From an uncultured bacterium (lineage in GTDB: Bacteria > Patescibacteriota > Saccharimonadia > Saccharimonadales > Saccharimonadaceae), in assembly GCA_966210935.1 (NCBI GenBank), contig CBIHLX010000001.1, forward strand, positions 1 through 48,193: DNA of 48,193 nucleotides, given 5' to 3'. Shown here one piece after another: positions 20,000-28,749 of the stretch. The position numbers and the translations under genes are program-made. Below the pieces are notes generated by a model. It was not told the origin of the DNA. It was given only the letters and a program-made list of their open reading frames with translations, and made no database searches. Numbering within the stretch: position 1 is the stretch's first letter; each line of letters opens with the position of its first letter.

Positions 20000-21040
20000 C
20001 TAGACTATAATACCGCCACCAAGACAGGTGTCCTGGTCATAAATAACAATTGACTGACCACTCGCCACGGCTCGCTGCTCATCGCGCAACACCAGCTCAA
20101 CGGCACCGTCTCGACCATAGCTAAGGTCTGCCTGTATTAGTGGCGCACGGTGACGGACACGCACCTGATACGTTCCCGCCTGCGGCACTTCGTTAATCCA
20201 GTGCACCGCACCTAGCTGAACATTCGTTTTCCAGAGAGCCTCATTATTAAGGTCAGTAGTGACATAGACTTCATTCTTTGCCATATCTTTACCAACCACA
20301 TAGTACGGCAAGCCGCCACCAAGGTCGAGGCCATGACGCTGACCTAGCGTGTAGAAAATTGCACCATCATGATGGCCGAGCACCTTGCGTGTCTGAATAT
20401 CAATAATTTCACCTGGCACCTGCTCAACATACTGACCCAAGAACTCACGAATACCGATCTTACCGACAAAACAAATCCCCTGGCTATCTTTTTTTGCCGC
20501 CGTAAATAAACCGCGCACCTCGGCCATCTTGCGTACTTCTGGCTTTGTGTAGCCACCAAGCGGAAAGAGTGTCTTATTTAAAGCAGCGCCTGTCACGCGA
20601 TACAAGAAGTAGGTTTGATCCTTGTTCGTGTCGGTCGCCATCTTGAGTCGGCCGTCCTCCACCTGAGCGTAGTGCCCGGTCGCAATCATATCAGCGCCAT
20701 CTTCAAGAGCGGCTTCCAAGAAGAGTTTGAATTTTACCTCTTGGTTGCACATGATATCAGGGTTTGGTGTTCGTCCAGCCTTATACTCTTCGATCATATA
20801 GTCAACCACCTTTTGGCGGTACTCGGTCTCAAAATCAAAGACTTTAAAATCAATGCCAAGCTGCACAGCGACACGCTTAGCGTCGGCCAAATCATCAGCC
20901 CACGGACAACGCATACCAGGCAAATCCTGCGTCCAGTTCTTCATATATACACCGGTTACTTGATGACCGGCTTCAACGAGCAGCGCAGCAGTCAAGCTGC
21001 TATCAACACCACCGCTCATTCCTACATAAACATGTGCCAT
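20000..21040 (-). CDS. mnmA: tRNA-specific 2-thiouridylase MnmA
   Basis: 346 aa. PP-loop VGMSGGVDSS, plus MRCPWADD, ATGHYAQ and DQTYFLY motifs. Confidence 0.95.
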   Translation of the reverse strand: MAHVYVGMSGGVDSSLTAALLVEAGHQVTGVYMKNWTQDLPGMRCPWADDLADAKRVAVQLGIDFKVFDFETEYRQKVVDYMIEEYKAGRTPNPDIMCNQEVKFKLFLEAALEDGADMIATGHYAQVEDGRLKMATDTNKDQTYFLYRVTGAALNKTLFPLGGYTKPEVRKMAEVRGLFTAAKKDSQGICFVGKIGIREFLGQYVEQVPGEIIDIQTRKVLGHHDGAIFYTLGQRHGLDLGGGLPYYVVGKDMAKNEVYVTTDLNNEALWKTNVQLGAVHWINEVPQAGTYQVRVRHRAPLIQADLSYGRDGAVELVLRDEQRAVASGQSIVIYDQDTCLGGGIIV

Positions 21041-21639
21041 CAGCGCCCCTCCTCAGCATAAAAAACGATGATCTTCACGAGCTCTGAAATCGCCAGATAC
21101 CAGCCCGAAGGAGTAAGCCACCAAAAAGGCGACCACTGGCCATCAGTATCAACAGGATGACTACGCACCGCCGCGCCAGAAGAACGTGCGTTAAATTCTA
21201 ATCCGGCACGACGCTGATGATATCCAGAGGTCACAAGAATTACATCTTTTACGCCAATAATTTCAAAAAGATCATGAGAATTGGTCGCATTTTCCTTGGT
21301 CGTCTCGCCATACTCCTCAAGAATAATGTCTTCCGGTGGCACGCCCGCCGCTTCGGCTTCACGACTCATAGCTGCAGCGTTACTTGGACCAGACTTATCT
21401 AATGCCGCTCCCGAAAAGATTAGCTTGTCAGCCCAGCCCGCCTTGTAAAGCTTCACAGCTTCTGTCGTACGCGCACTCGTATCACCGCCACTAATGGCAA
21501 CGATCGCATCGGCGCGGCCACAAGACGGCTTTGCACTTGGCTGCAATTCACATCCCGAAAGATCATTTGGCGCAAGATACGCCCCAATACCCGTAACCAA
21601 TAAAATAAAGGCAATGACAGCAATCAAGAGAGTCTTCAT
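21040..21639 (-). CDS. DUF218 (YdcF/SanA/ElyC-like) membrane-anchored protein
   Basis: 199 aa. N-terminal TM, then AIVAISGGD ... LIFSG ... TTKENA ... LVTSGYHQRRA, typical of DUF218. ATGA-type overlaps with both neighbours. Confidence 0.8.
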   Translation of the reverse strand: MKTLLIAVIAFILLVTGIGAYLAPNDLSGCELQPSAKPSCGRADAIVAISGGDTSARTTEAVKLYKAGWADKLIFSGAALDKSGPSNAAAMSREAEAAGVPPEDIILEEYGETTKENATNSHDLFEIIGVKDVILVTSGYHQRRAGLEFNARSSGAAVRSHPVDTDGQWSPFWWLTPSGWYLAISELVKIIVFYAEEGR

Positions 21640-22790
21640 GACTGAACCCTCGCTTTTTCCCGCGTAATTTCTTGGATCAGTATGTCGGCAGCCTTCTGCA
21701 CGTTTTCGGCTGTTGATAGATGTCCTAGCGTAAGGCGTAAGCTGCCGTCGGCCACTTCTGGCGCCAAGCCTATTGCCGTTAAAACATGAGAGCGCGTACC
21801 CTTATTAGCGGCACACGCACTGCCGGTTGCGACCATTACGCCACGCATCTCAAGCGCAAATACTAAACGCTCCGCGTCAACACCCGGGAATGAGATATGT
21901 AAGTGACCCGACAAGCGACGCTTCTGGCTGCCCGAAATCACTGCATCCGGAAATGCGTTAATCAAACGCTGCTGTAGGTTATCACGCATCTCGGCAAGTC
22001 GCTTTGCCTCATAAGCGCGGTGCGATTCAGCAAGCTCCATTGCTTTAGCAAAACCAATCGTCCCGGCAACGTTTTCAGTGCCACTTCTTAGTCCGCGCTC
22101 TTGGCCGCCGCCAACAATCACCGGCGTCAGACGCACATGACTCGCTGTCCATAGAAGACCAAGCTGCTTTGGGCCATACACCTTACCGGCATTTAGGGTC
22201 AACAGATCCACCCCTAGGCGCGAAACATGCACATCAAGCTGACCAGCCCCCTGTGACGCGTCGCTATGGAGATACAGTGGCGTCATATCACCTGCCGCAA
22301 GACGTCGCTCACGCTCGCGTTTGATTACTGCAGCGATTTCACGGAGTGGCTGAATTGTACCTAGCTCATTGTTTGCAAGTGCAATACTCACAAGCTGCGT
22401 GTCTGGCTGAATAGCCCTAGAAATCATCATAGGGTCAACCACGCCGCGCTCGTCGACTGCTACTAGCGTATGGCTACGCAGCTTAGCAGCCGCAAGAACG
22501 GCATGGTGCTCAATTACCGACGTCACCACGTGACCTTTAACCGCCGCAAACGCTAAATTAATCGACTCGGTAGCACCAGCGGTCATGACAAGCTCATCGC
22601 CCTTTGCGCCAAATGTGCGGGCAAGCTGCGCCTTGGCCGCCTCATAGTCACGGCGAACCTTTAAAGCTGGTGCGTAGGGGCTTGAAGGATTGTAAAACGC
22701 CTCTGTAAAATACGGTTCCATAGCAGCAAAGACCCGCTTATCGAGCGGGGTGGCGGCAGCATGGTCAAGATAAATCACCTCTTCGGTCAT
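21636..22790 (-). CDS. Cysteine desulfurase (class V aminotransferase, NifS/IscS-like)
   Basis: 384 aa. IYLDHAAATP start, LHSDASQGAG ... LNAGKVYGPK (PLP-Lys region), and active-site GSACAA loop. Same operon as mnmA, a known sulfur-relay partnership. Confidence 0.9.
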   Translation of the reverse strand: MTEEVIYLDHAAATPLDKRVFAAMEPYFTEAFYNPSSPYAPALKVRRDYEAAKAQLARTFGAKGDELVMTAGATESINLAFAAVKGHVVTSVIEHHAVLAAAKLRSHTLVAVDERGVVDPMMISRAIQPDTQLVSIALANNELGTIQPLREIAAVIKRERERRLAAGDMTPLYLHSDASQGAGQLDVHVSRLGVDLLTLNAGKVYGPKQLGLLWTASHVRLTPVIVGGGQERGLRSGTENVAGTIGFAKAMELAESHRAYEAKRLAEMRDNLQQRLINAFPDAVISGSQKRRLSGHLHISFPGVDAERLVFALEMRGVMVATGSACAANKGTRSHVLTAIGLAPEVADGSLRLTLGHLSTAENVQKAADILIQEITREKARVQS

Positions 22791-22812
22791 TACTTATATA
22801 AGTATAGCAAAG

Positions 22813-23247
22813 CTAACTGAGTTTTTGCCCTGTTTGCGGATTACTCTCATACACCTCGCGCATCACACGCTCATAGTACATCTGTGCGGCCAGCATTAGA
22901 TTATTTAGCTCTTCACCCTCTAGGAATTCGTAGCGAGCGCCCTCTTGTACCTTTAAAATACCTTGGTCATGAATCTCGTAGCGAGTTGTCGCTTGCTGTA
23001 AAGCACCCTTGTCGTCGAGCCACTCCTCATGCCAAATCCACGTCTTTGCATCGAGATTAAAAAACGAGCGGCGGTGCCCTTTTGGAATCTCACCAAAAAG
23101 CTGCGCACCAATTTCACTCTCTAGCTGTAGCAATTCTCGCTCGCTCAGAGCGCCAAGCGGACGCGATTTCTTTGCATACACTAAGTCTCGGCTGGATGGA
23201 TCGGTGCCGATAAGAAGCTGGAGTGCTCGTTTAAATACAGCTGCCAT
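22813..23247 (-). CDS. Hypothetical protein (144 aa)
   Basis: Clean ORF, 9 nt downstream of the preceding ORF. Globular-looking sequence (WIWHEEWLDDKG, TRYEIHDQGILKVQEG). No family recognised. Confidence 0.6.
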   Translation of the reverse strand: MAAVFKRALQLLIGTDPSSRDLVYAKKSRPLGALSERELLQLESEIGAQLFGEIPKGHRRSFFNLDAKTWIWHEEWLDDKGALQQATTRYEIHDQGILKVQEGARYEFLEGEELNNLMLAAQMYYERVMREVYESNPQTGQKLS

Positions 23248-23256
23248 ATTAGCTCC

Positions 23257-23622
23257 TTAAGCAGCCAGATCCGTATCGGATTGAGTAGTATCTTTATACT
23301 CTTGGTGAGCAAGGTTAATAAACTTCAGACTCTCTTGCTCTAATGTTGCGCTATCGAGATTGTCGTCTGCATTGAGATCGATTACGCCTGCTGCTTTTGA
23401 CTTGCGTTTCACCTCGAGGTTGTGACTCCAGCGGCCCAGCGTTTCAGAAGGCGTAAGGACCATGTCGCGCTTTTCACCTGCTGCGGCAGCGCGATGCGCT
23501 TCAGCGGCAGCCTTAATAATAGCGAGCGACTCTAGTGAAGATGACGCCTCATGCAAACTCACCACATCATCGTGGTTGAATTTTTCACCGTTTGGAATCT
23601 GATATTGCTGCTTTTCTGACAT
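23257..23622 (-). CDS. Hypothetical acidic protein (121 aa)
   Basis: ORF with GGTAGGAG upstream of the ATG. No family recognised. Confidence 0.55.
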   Translation of the reverse strand: MSEKQQYQIPNGEKFNHDDVVSLHEASSSLESLAIIKAAAEAHRAAAAGEKRDMVLTPSETLGRWSHNLEVKRKSKAAGVIDLNADDNLDSATLEQESLKFINLAHQEYKDTTQSDTDLAA

Positions 23623-23679
23623 ATTGATAGCTCCTACCCCTTATAGTTGGTAAGTTTTTCATGTCTGTTTTCAGAGTGT

Positions 23680-24429
23680 CTAGAGTGCAAATAATGCACG
23701 GGCATTTGCACTGGTTGCCTCAGCAACCGTGTCGAGATCAACATTGCGAATGTGCGCATGAAATTCAGCGACATTTCGTACAAATGCTGGCTCATTTACA
23801 GTACCACGATATGGTGCAGGCGTCAAGAACGGTGCATCTGTCTCAAGCAGTACTCGGTCTAACGGCAAGTCTGCAAACATTGCGCGCTGCGCTTCATCTT
23901 TCGTAAAGGTACTAATGCCGTTAACCCCGATAAGCAGGTTACGAGCAAACGCTTGGTCAACATTCAGCTGTGTATCGGTAAAACTATGAAGCACCCCACG
24001 CAGGCCGGGGAAATTATCAAAAATTGGCCAAAAGTCATCAAATGCCTCACGTACATGAAAAATCACCGGCAAATCATACTGCCGCGCTAGATCCAGCTGC
24101 GTCTCAAGGGCCTTGATCTGCAGCTCACGAGGGCTATGAGTATAGAAATAATCAAGCCCGATTTCGCCAATTGCCACCGGCTTTTCACCCGCAGCGAGGA
24201 GCTGGCCGATTGCCGCATACCCCTCCTTAGTGTCATGCGGGTGGACGCCGATTGCCGCATAGAGATGTTCATGATTTTTAGCAAAGTCAAGCGCCCTTTG
24301 GGAGCTTTGCTCACTCGTTCCCACGCAGACCATCTGGTTAACCCCTGCACGGTGCGCACGCTTCAAAACATCGCCAATATCAAGCGGGTAATTTGCGTCA
24401 TGTATGTGACAGTGGGTGTCAACAAGCAC
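23680..24429 (-). CDS. tatD: TatD-family metal-dependent hydrolase/DNase
   Basis: 249 aa. MLVDTHCHI, AIGEIGLDY, PVIFHVREA, GVLHSF and LLETDAPFL motifs. Confidence 0.9.
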   Translation of the reverse strand: MLVDTHCHIHDANYPLDIGDVLKRAHRAGVNQMVCVGTSEQSSQRALDFAKNHEHLYAAIGVHPHDTKEGYAAIGQLLAAGEKPVAIGEIGLDYFYTHSPRELQIKALETQLDLARQYDLPVIFHVREAFDDFWPIFDNFPGLRGVLHSFTDTQLNVDQAFARNLLIGVNGISTFTKDEAQRAMFADLPLDRVLLETDAPFLTPAPYRGTVNEPAFVRNVAEFHAHIRNVDLDTVAEATSANARALFAL

Positions 24430-25922
24430 TAGGCTGCCTTTGTAGCGCGCGGGTCGGTAGTGTGGCGATAAATCTTAGGGAACAGACCACCTTCACTCTC
24501 AATAGGCACAATAACACCAGTGCCAAAAGTTTTCTTGATCGCTTCAGCAGTGTCTGGCAGGAACGGTGTCAGCTGATCAGCAATCTGCAAGAGCGTACTC
24601 GCTGCCTGACCTAGTACTTCATTGAGGTGCGATTCGGCTTCAGGATCGGTCGCACGACTCTTCGCAATCTCCCATGGCTTCACTACTTCAATGTAGCGAT
24701 TGAGCGAGCGGACCGTTACCCAGACTTCATCCATTGCGTGATTAAAACGCAGCTCGTTCATGGCGTCAAAGTACGGCTTCATGTCATGATCACCTTGCGG
24801 CACATCACCAATCACGCCACCCTGGTAGCGACTCACCATACTGGCGACACGAGAAATTAAGTTACCAAGGTCATTACCAAGTTCGGTATTGTAGGCGCTT
24901 TCAAACTTTTCCCATGTGAAATCACCGTCATCAAGTGTCGGAATGTGACGCGAGAAGAAGTAGCGGAAAGCGTCGAGGCCGTACGTATCAATAATCTCAT
25001 TTGGGTCAACAACGTTGCCGACTGTTTTGCTCATTTTGGCGCCGCCAACGTTCACAAAACCATGCACGAGCAGCTTCTTCGGTAGCGAAATGCCAAGCCC
25101 TAGAAGCATTGCTGGCCAGATACCTGCGTGGAAGCGAAGGATATCCTTACCGATCACCTGCACGTCAGCAGGCCAGTACTCCTGCCAACCCTCTTTATCA
25201 GGGTAGCCAAGTACAGTTATATAGTTAGCGAGTGCGTCAATCCAGACGTACATCACCTGGTCAGGGTCGCCAGGCACTGGCACACCCCAAGTAAGACTCT
25301 TCTTTGGGCGCGAGATGCTCACGTCGGGCAAGCCATTTTTCATAAGCTCCAAGAACTCGTTCTTGCGGAATTCGGGCACGATCTGCATGCGGTTCGTCTC
25401 AATTGCCTGGCGCACCTTTTCGGTAAATTCACTGGCACGCAGGTAATAGTTCTCTTCACTCACCCGCTGCAGTGGCTGTTGATGATCAGGGCAGGTACCT
25501 TCCATTTCAGCCGCCTCTTTGTCGGTAAAGAATGCCTCATGGCCAACACAGTACCAACCCTCGTAGGTATTCTTGTAGATATACGGCTGCAGCTTCTGCC
25601 AAATGTATTGCACGGCTGCTTCGTGATGAATATCAGTCGTACGGATAAAGTCTGTGTAGCTGGTCTGCATTTTTTGCATTAACGCTTCGAAGTTAACGTA
25701 GGTTGAGTCGGTGTATGCCTTTGGCGTTAGGCCGAGTTCGGCAGCCTTTGCGGCAATCTTGTTGCCGTGCTCGTCGGTACCCACCTGAAAACGAACGTCG
25801 CGACCATTTTGCTTTTGATAGCGTGTCCAGATATCAGCCAATAGGTAATCCAGTGCGTTGCCAATATGCGGCGTGCCGTTGACATAAGGAATTGCAGTCG
25901 TGATATAGAATTTTTTAGCCAT
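24429..25922 (-). CDS. metG: Methionine--tRNA ligase (minimal form without C-terminal appended domain)
   Basis: 497 aa. Class I motifs PYVNGTPHIGN (HIGH) and KMSKT (KMSKS). The stop overlaps the tatD start. Confidence 0.95.
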   Translation of the reverse strand: MAKKFYITTAIPYVNGTPHIGNALDYLLADIWTRYQKQNGRDVRFQVGTDEHGNKIAAKAAELGLTPKAYTDSTYVNFEALMQKMQTSYTDFIRTTDIHHEAAVQYIWQKLQPYIYKNTYEGWYCVGHEAFFTDKEAAEMEGTCPDHQQPLQRVSEENYYLRASEFTEKVRQAIETNRMQIVPEFRKNEFLELMKNGLPDVSISRPKKSLTWGVPVPGDPDQVMYVWIDALANYITVLGYPDKEGWQEYWPADVQVIGKDILRFHAGIWPAMLLGLGISLPKKLLVHGFVNVGGAKMSKTVGNVVDPNEIIDTYGLDAFRYFFSRHIPTLDDGDFTWEKFESAYNTELGNDLGNLISRVASMVSRYQGGVIGDVPQGDHDMKPYFDAMNELRFNHAMDEVWVTVRSLNRYIEVVKPWEIAKSRATDPEAESHLNEVLGQAASTLLQIADQLTPFLPDTAEAIKKTFGTGVIVPIESEGGLFPKIYRHTTDPRATKAA

Positions 25923-25947
25923 TGTTGACCATTATAACAGAGGAGCG

Positions 25948-26652
25948 TCAATCTCGCATCATGGCAACGATCGCGAAGCGGCCGTCAAAATCTCGCTCAC
26001 CCATCTTGTACTCACTATGGGAATAGTAGTCGTCACTCTCCGCCGTATCTACCTCACTCACCTCAATATGACGTATATCAACGCCAAGCTGCAGAAATTG
26101 ACTAGTGATCACTTGACGAAGACTGCGACCTCCAAAAGCTTCAAGAGGGTAGCTGTCACTCCCTACCATCGGGCTGAGCCAGATTTTCACTTCCGCCGGA
26201 TCGGTTTCGAATTCATCGATCAGGAACTGCAAGCTCTTACGAGCGCCTTCTTGCTCAACGCTATGGCGGCCAAGATGCGATACCATTAAAACTTTGTTCA
26301 TAGGGTCGTAGATAATCACTCCAGCGCAATCAGCAAGCGGTAGGAAAATCGCATGGTCAGGGCGAGTCACCACTGCCGCATCCGCCTCCGTCGTGGCGAT
26401 AGGCTCAAGCATACCATCACCCTGCTGGTCATCATCAAATACAACCTAACGACAAAAGTCCGTTGTGTCATACCCAACGTTGAGTAGTGTTGTTTGGAGC
26501 GGCTCAATCTCTTGAGATTGCAAAAACACCGTTTGGCTCAATGCAGTCTCTTGATCATCCCCGCGCCCGAATTTCATATTGCCATCATCAATCGACGACA
26601 GGGCGGCGACAATATCATCATCAAAAATAGTTGGCTGGTCGGTAGCTATCAT
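25948..26652 (-). pseudogene. pgeF: YfiH/PgeF (DUF152, laccase-domain) family protein interrupted by an in-frame TAG at 26446..26448
   Basis: ORFs 26446..26652 (...SSIDDGNMKFGRGDD...) and 25948..26412 (ADAAVVT...PLADCAGVIIYD...VSHLGRHS...) together resemble the N- and C-parts of DUF152 proteins. My reverse-complement read is GAC TTT TGT CGT TAG GTT GTA TTT ... GGT ATG CTT, all in one frame. Confidence 0.65.
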
Positions 26653-26694
26653 ATCTCTATTGTCCGCAGAATAATAACCAGAGTCAACCGAGCA

Positions 26695-27477
26695 TTATGC
26701 GACTAATTTCGCAAGACGATACCATTCGTCGAGCGTCAGATCTTCAGCGCGTACGTCGGGACTAATCTCAGCACGACCAAGAAGCACTTCAATCTCGCCC
26801 TTGCTCACACCGAGGCCACCAGAAAGACTTGAGCGTAGCTTTTTGCGCTTTGCAGAAAACCCAGCCTTAACGACACGGAAGTACTCTTTTTCGGTTATAT
26901 CAGTAAAAAGAGGCTGCTCGCGGGTCTGTAATACTACAACCTGAGAGTCAACTTTTGGTGGGGGCGTAAACAATTCAGCAGGAACAACGTCACCCAGATG
27001 CACGTCGGCATAAAGTTGAGCGCTAACCGCCAAAATACTCATATCACCAGGCTTGGCTGCTAGTCGCTCCGCAACCTCCTTCTGCACAAGCAACACTGCA
27101 ATCGAAGGCTTATTGGCTGCCGTCATCAGCAACTGCACAATCTTACTCGTGATATAGTACGGCACATTGGCAGCTACTTTGTATCCCGGTGGCATCTGAC
27201 TAAGATCAAACGAAAGAACATCTTGATTGACTACTTTTAAGTTCTTTCCAGGGAACTGACCTGGCAACTTTCTTGCAAGCGCTTCGTCAAATTCAACCGC
27301 AACGACATTTTGAGCACGACGGAGCAGCTCACTCGTGAGGGTCCCGAGGCCTGGCCCGATTTCAAGCACCGTATCGTCAGCCGTTACTTCGGCCAGATCG
27401 GCTATATGCTCTAGCACGCTACGGTCACGCAGCCAATGCTGGCCGAGAGATTTATTTGGAGCAACCACTAGTACCAT
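26695..27477 (-). CDS. rsmA: 16S rRNA (adenine1518/1519-N6)-dimethyltransferase RsmA/KsgA
   Basis: 260 aa. SLGQHWL, VLEIGPGLGTLT (SAM motif) and ANVPYYITS. Confidence 0.95.
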   Translation of the reverse strand: MVLVVAPNKSLGQHWLRDRSVLEHIADLAEVTADDTVLEIGPGLGTLTSELLRRAQNVVAVEFDEALARKLPGQFPGKNLKVVNQDVLSFDLSQMPPGYKVAANVPYYITSKIVQLLMTAANKPSIAVLLVQKEVAERLAAKPGDMSILAVSAQLYADVHLGDVVPAELFTPPPKVDSQVVVLQTREQPLFTDITEKEYFRVVKAGFSAKRKKLRSSLSGGLGVSKGEIEVLLGRAEISPDVRAEDLTLDEWYRLAKLVA

Positions 27478-28682
27478 CCCTTAGCTTGGAATGAATCCCA
27501 GGCGCCACACGGCGTACTATAGCGACCCTTGATATAGTTTAGACCCCACGTGATCTGCACTGACGCGTTCGTCAGATAATCAGCCCCATAGACAGCCATT
27601 TTACTTGCAGGCAGCGCCTGAGGAATACCGTACGCTCCAGAGGAGACATTACCGGCAGTCGTACGCCAGCCCGACTCGCGCATCCATAAGTTATAGAGAC
27701 ATGGCCATTGATCTTCACCGTAGCCAAAATCAAGCATCATCTGGTGTCCAAGTGCCTGAGCTTCGGTTGGGTTGGTTGGAGTTGGCAGCTTTGATCCTAC
27801 CACCTCAACCTGTTTAACCGGCTCTTTTGTGACAAGGCTCGCAATTTCTGTTCGTGCGACTTCCTGACCATCCTGTACAGTCACCTCATACGTCACGCTC
27901 CGGCTGCCCTTTGTGCCCGGCGTCTTCACTTCTTTATAGCTCGTCGGGCGATCAGCGTCTTTGATCGTTTCCGTTTCGAAGCTAACTTCTTCATCAACTG
28001 TGACAGTCTGCTTACCTTCGCGCCAAACACGTACCGTCAAATCAGGAGAAATAGCCGTTGAGCCATCAACAGAAACTCGGTCGTTTGCACCAAGTGTAAT
28101 GTCTTTCTCTTTCAGCATAGCCTCAACAGTTGTCGCCTGTGTACGTGCCGTCATCGTCTTGCCATAAAGCACAAAGGTAAACGGCATAGCTCGATCGACT
28201 GTCATTTGCAATCCGACGTCCTGGTAGCCTGCGTTTACCGTGCTCACATCTACATCCGCCTGATCTTCCGGATAAAGCGTAATGCCCGCTTGCTGGGCAA
28301 TCTGCGGCGCCGTTTGGTACGGCGACAGCACCTTCTGGCGAACACTGCCGTCTACAATTGTCACCGGTCGCGCGCGGTAAACGTTGATATCATAATTACT
28401 TGCCACAAGCTCGTGATCAAGGCCTGGCTCAACAAGATCCTGTGGGTCCAGAGTAATATCCGCCTCTTTAAGGGCGTCACTCAAATTAGTGGCACGCGTT
28501 AAAATTACGCGATCAACCCCGCCGTCATGCACAGTCAGCAAACGCTCGCCATTGACCGGTTTCGTTTCTGCTCCGGCAGTGCGCGTCGAGACAATAAAGA
28601 AGCCGATAACGACAGCTAGTAGACAGCTGATCGCAATCGACACACCGGAAATGACGGTTTTCTTCTTAGTTAGGATTCTCAT
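27468..28682 (-). CDS. RpfB/YabE-like cell-wall hydrolase: DUF348 repeats + G5 domain + C-terminal transglycosylase-like domain
   Basis: 404 aa. N-terminal TM. Repeated VxVxxDG...T modules. G5-like segment (TKGSRSVTYEVTVQDGQEVARTEI). C-terminus LWMRESGWRTTAGNVSSGAYGIPQALP ... WGLNYIKGRY. Adjacent to rsmA, as I recall for Firmicutes and Actinobacteria. Confidence 0.85.
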   Translation of the reverse strand: MRILTKKKTVISGVSIAISCLLAVVIGFFIVSTRTAGAETKPVNGERLLTVHDGGVDRVILTRATNLSDALKEADITLDPQDLVEPGLDHELVASNYDINVYRARPVTIVDGSVRQKVLSPYQTAPQIAQQAGITLYPEDQADVDVSTVNAGYQDVGLQMTVDRAMPFTFVLYGKTMTARTQATTVEAMLKEKDITLGANDRVSVDGSTAISPDLTVRVWREGKQTVTVDEEVSFETETIKDADRPTSYKEVKTPGTKGSRSVTYEVTVQDGQEVARTEIASLVTKEPVKQVEVVGSKLPTPTNPTEAQALGHQMMLDFGYGEDQWPCLYNLWMRESGWRTTAGNVSSGAYGIPQALPASKMAVYGADYLTNASVQITWGLNYIKGRYSTPCGAWDSFQAKGWY

Positions 28683-28749
28683 AGAATAGCTGACACCCCA
28701 CCGGTGTACTAGGATCCATTATAGCAAATTCTAAGCTAAAGCAATAACC

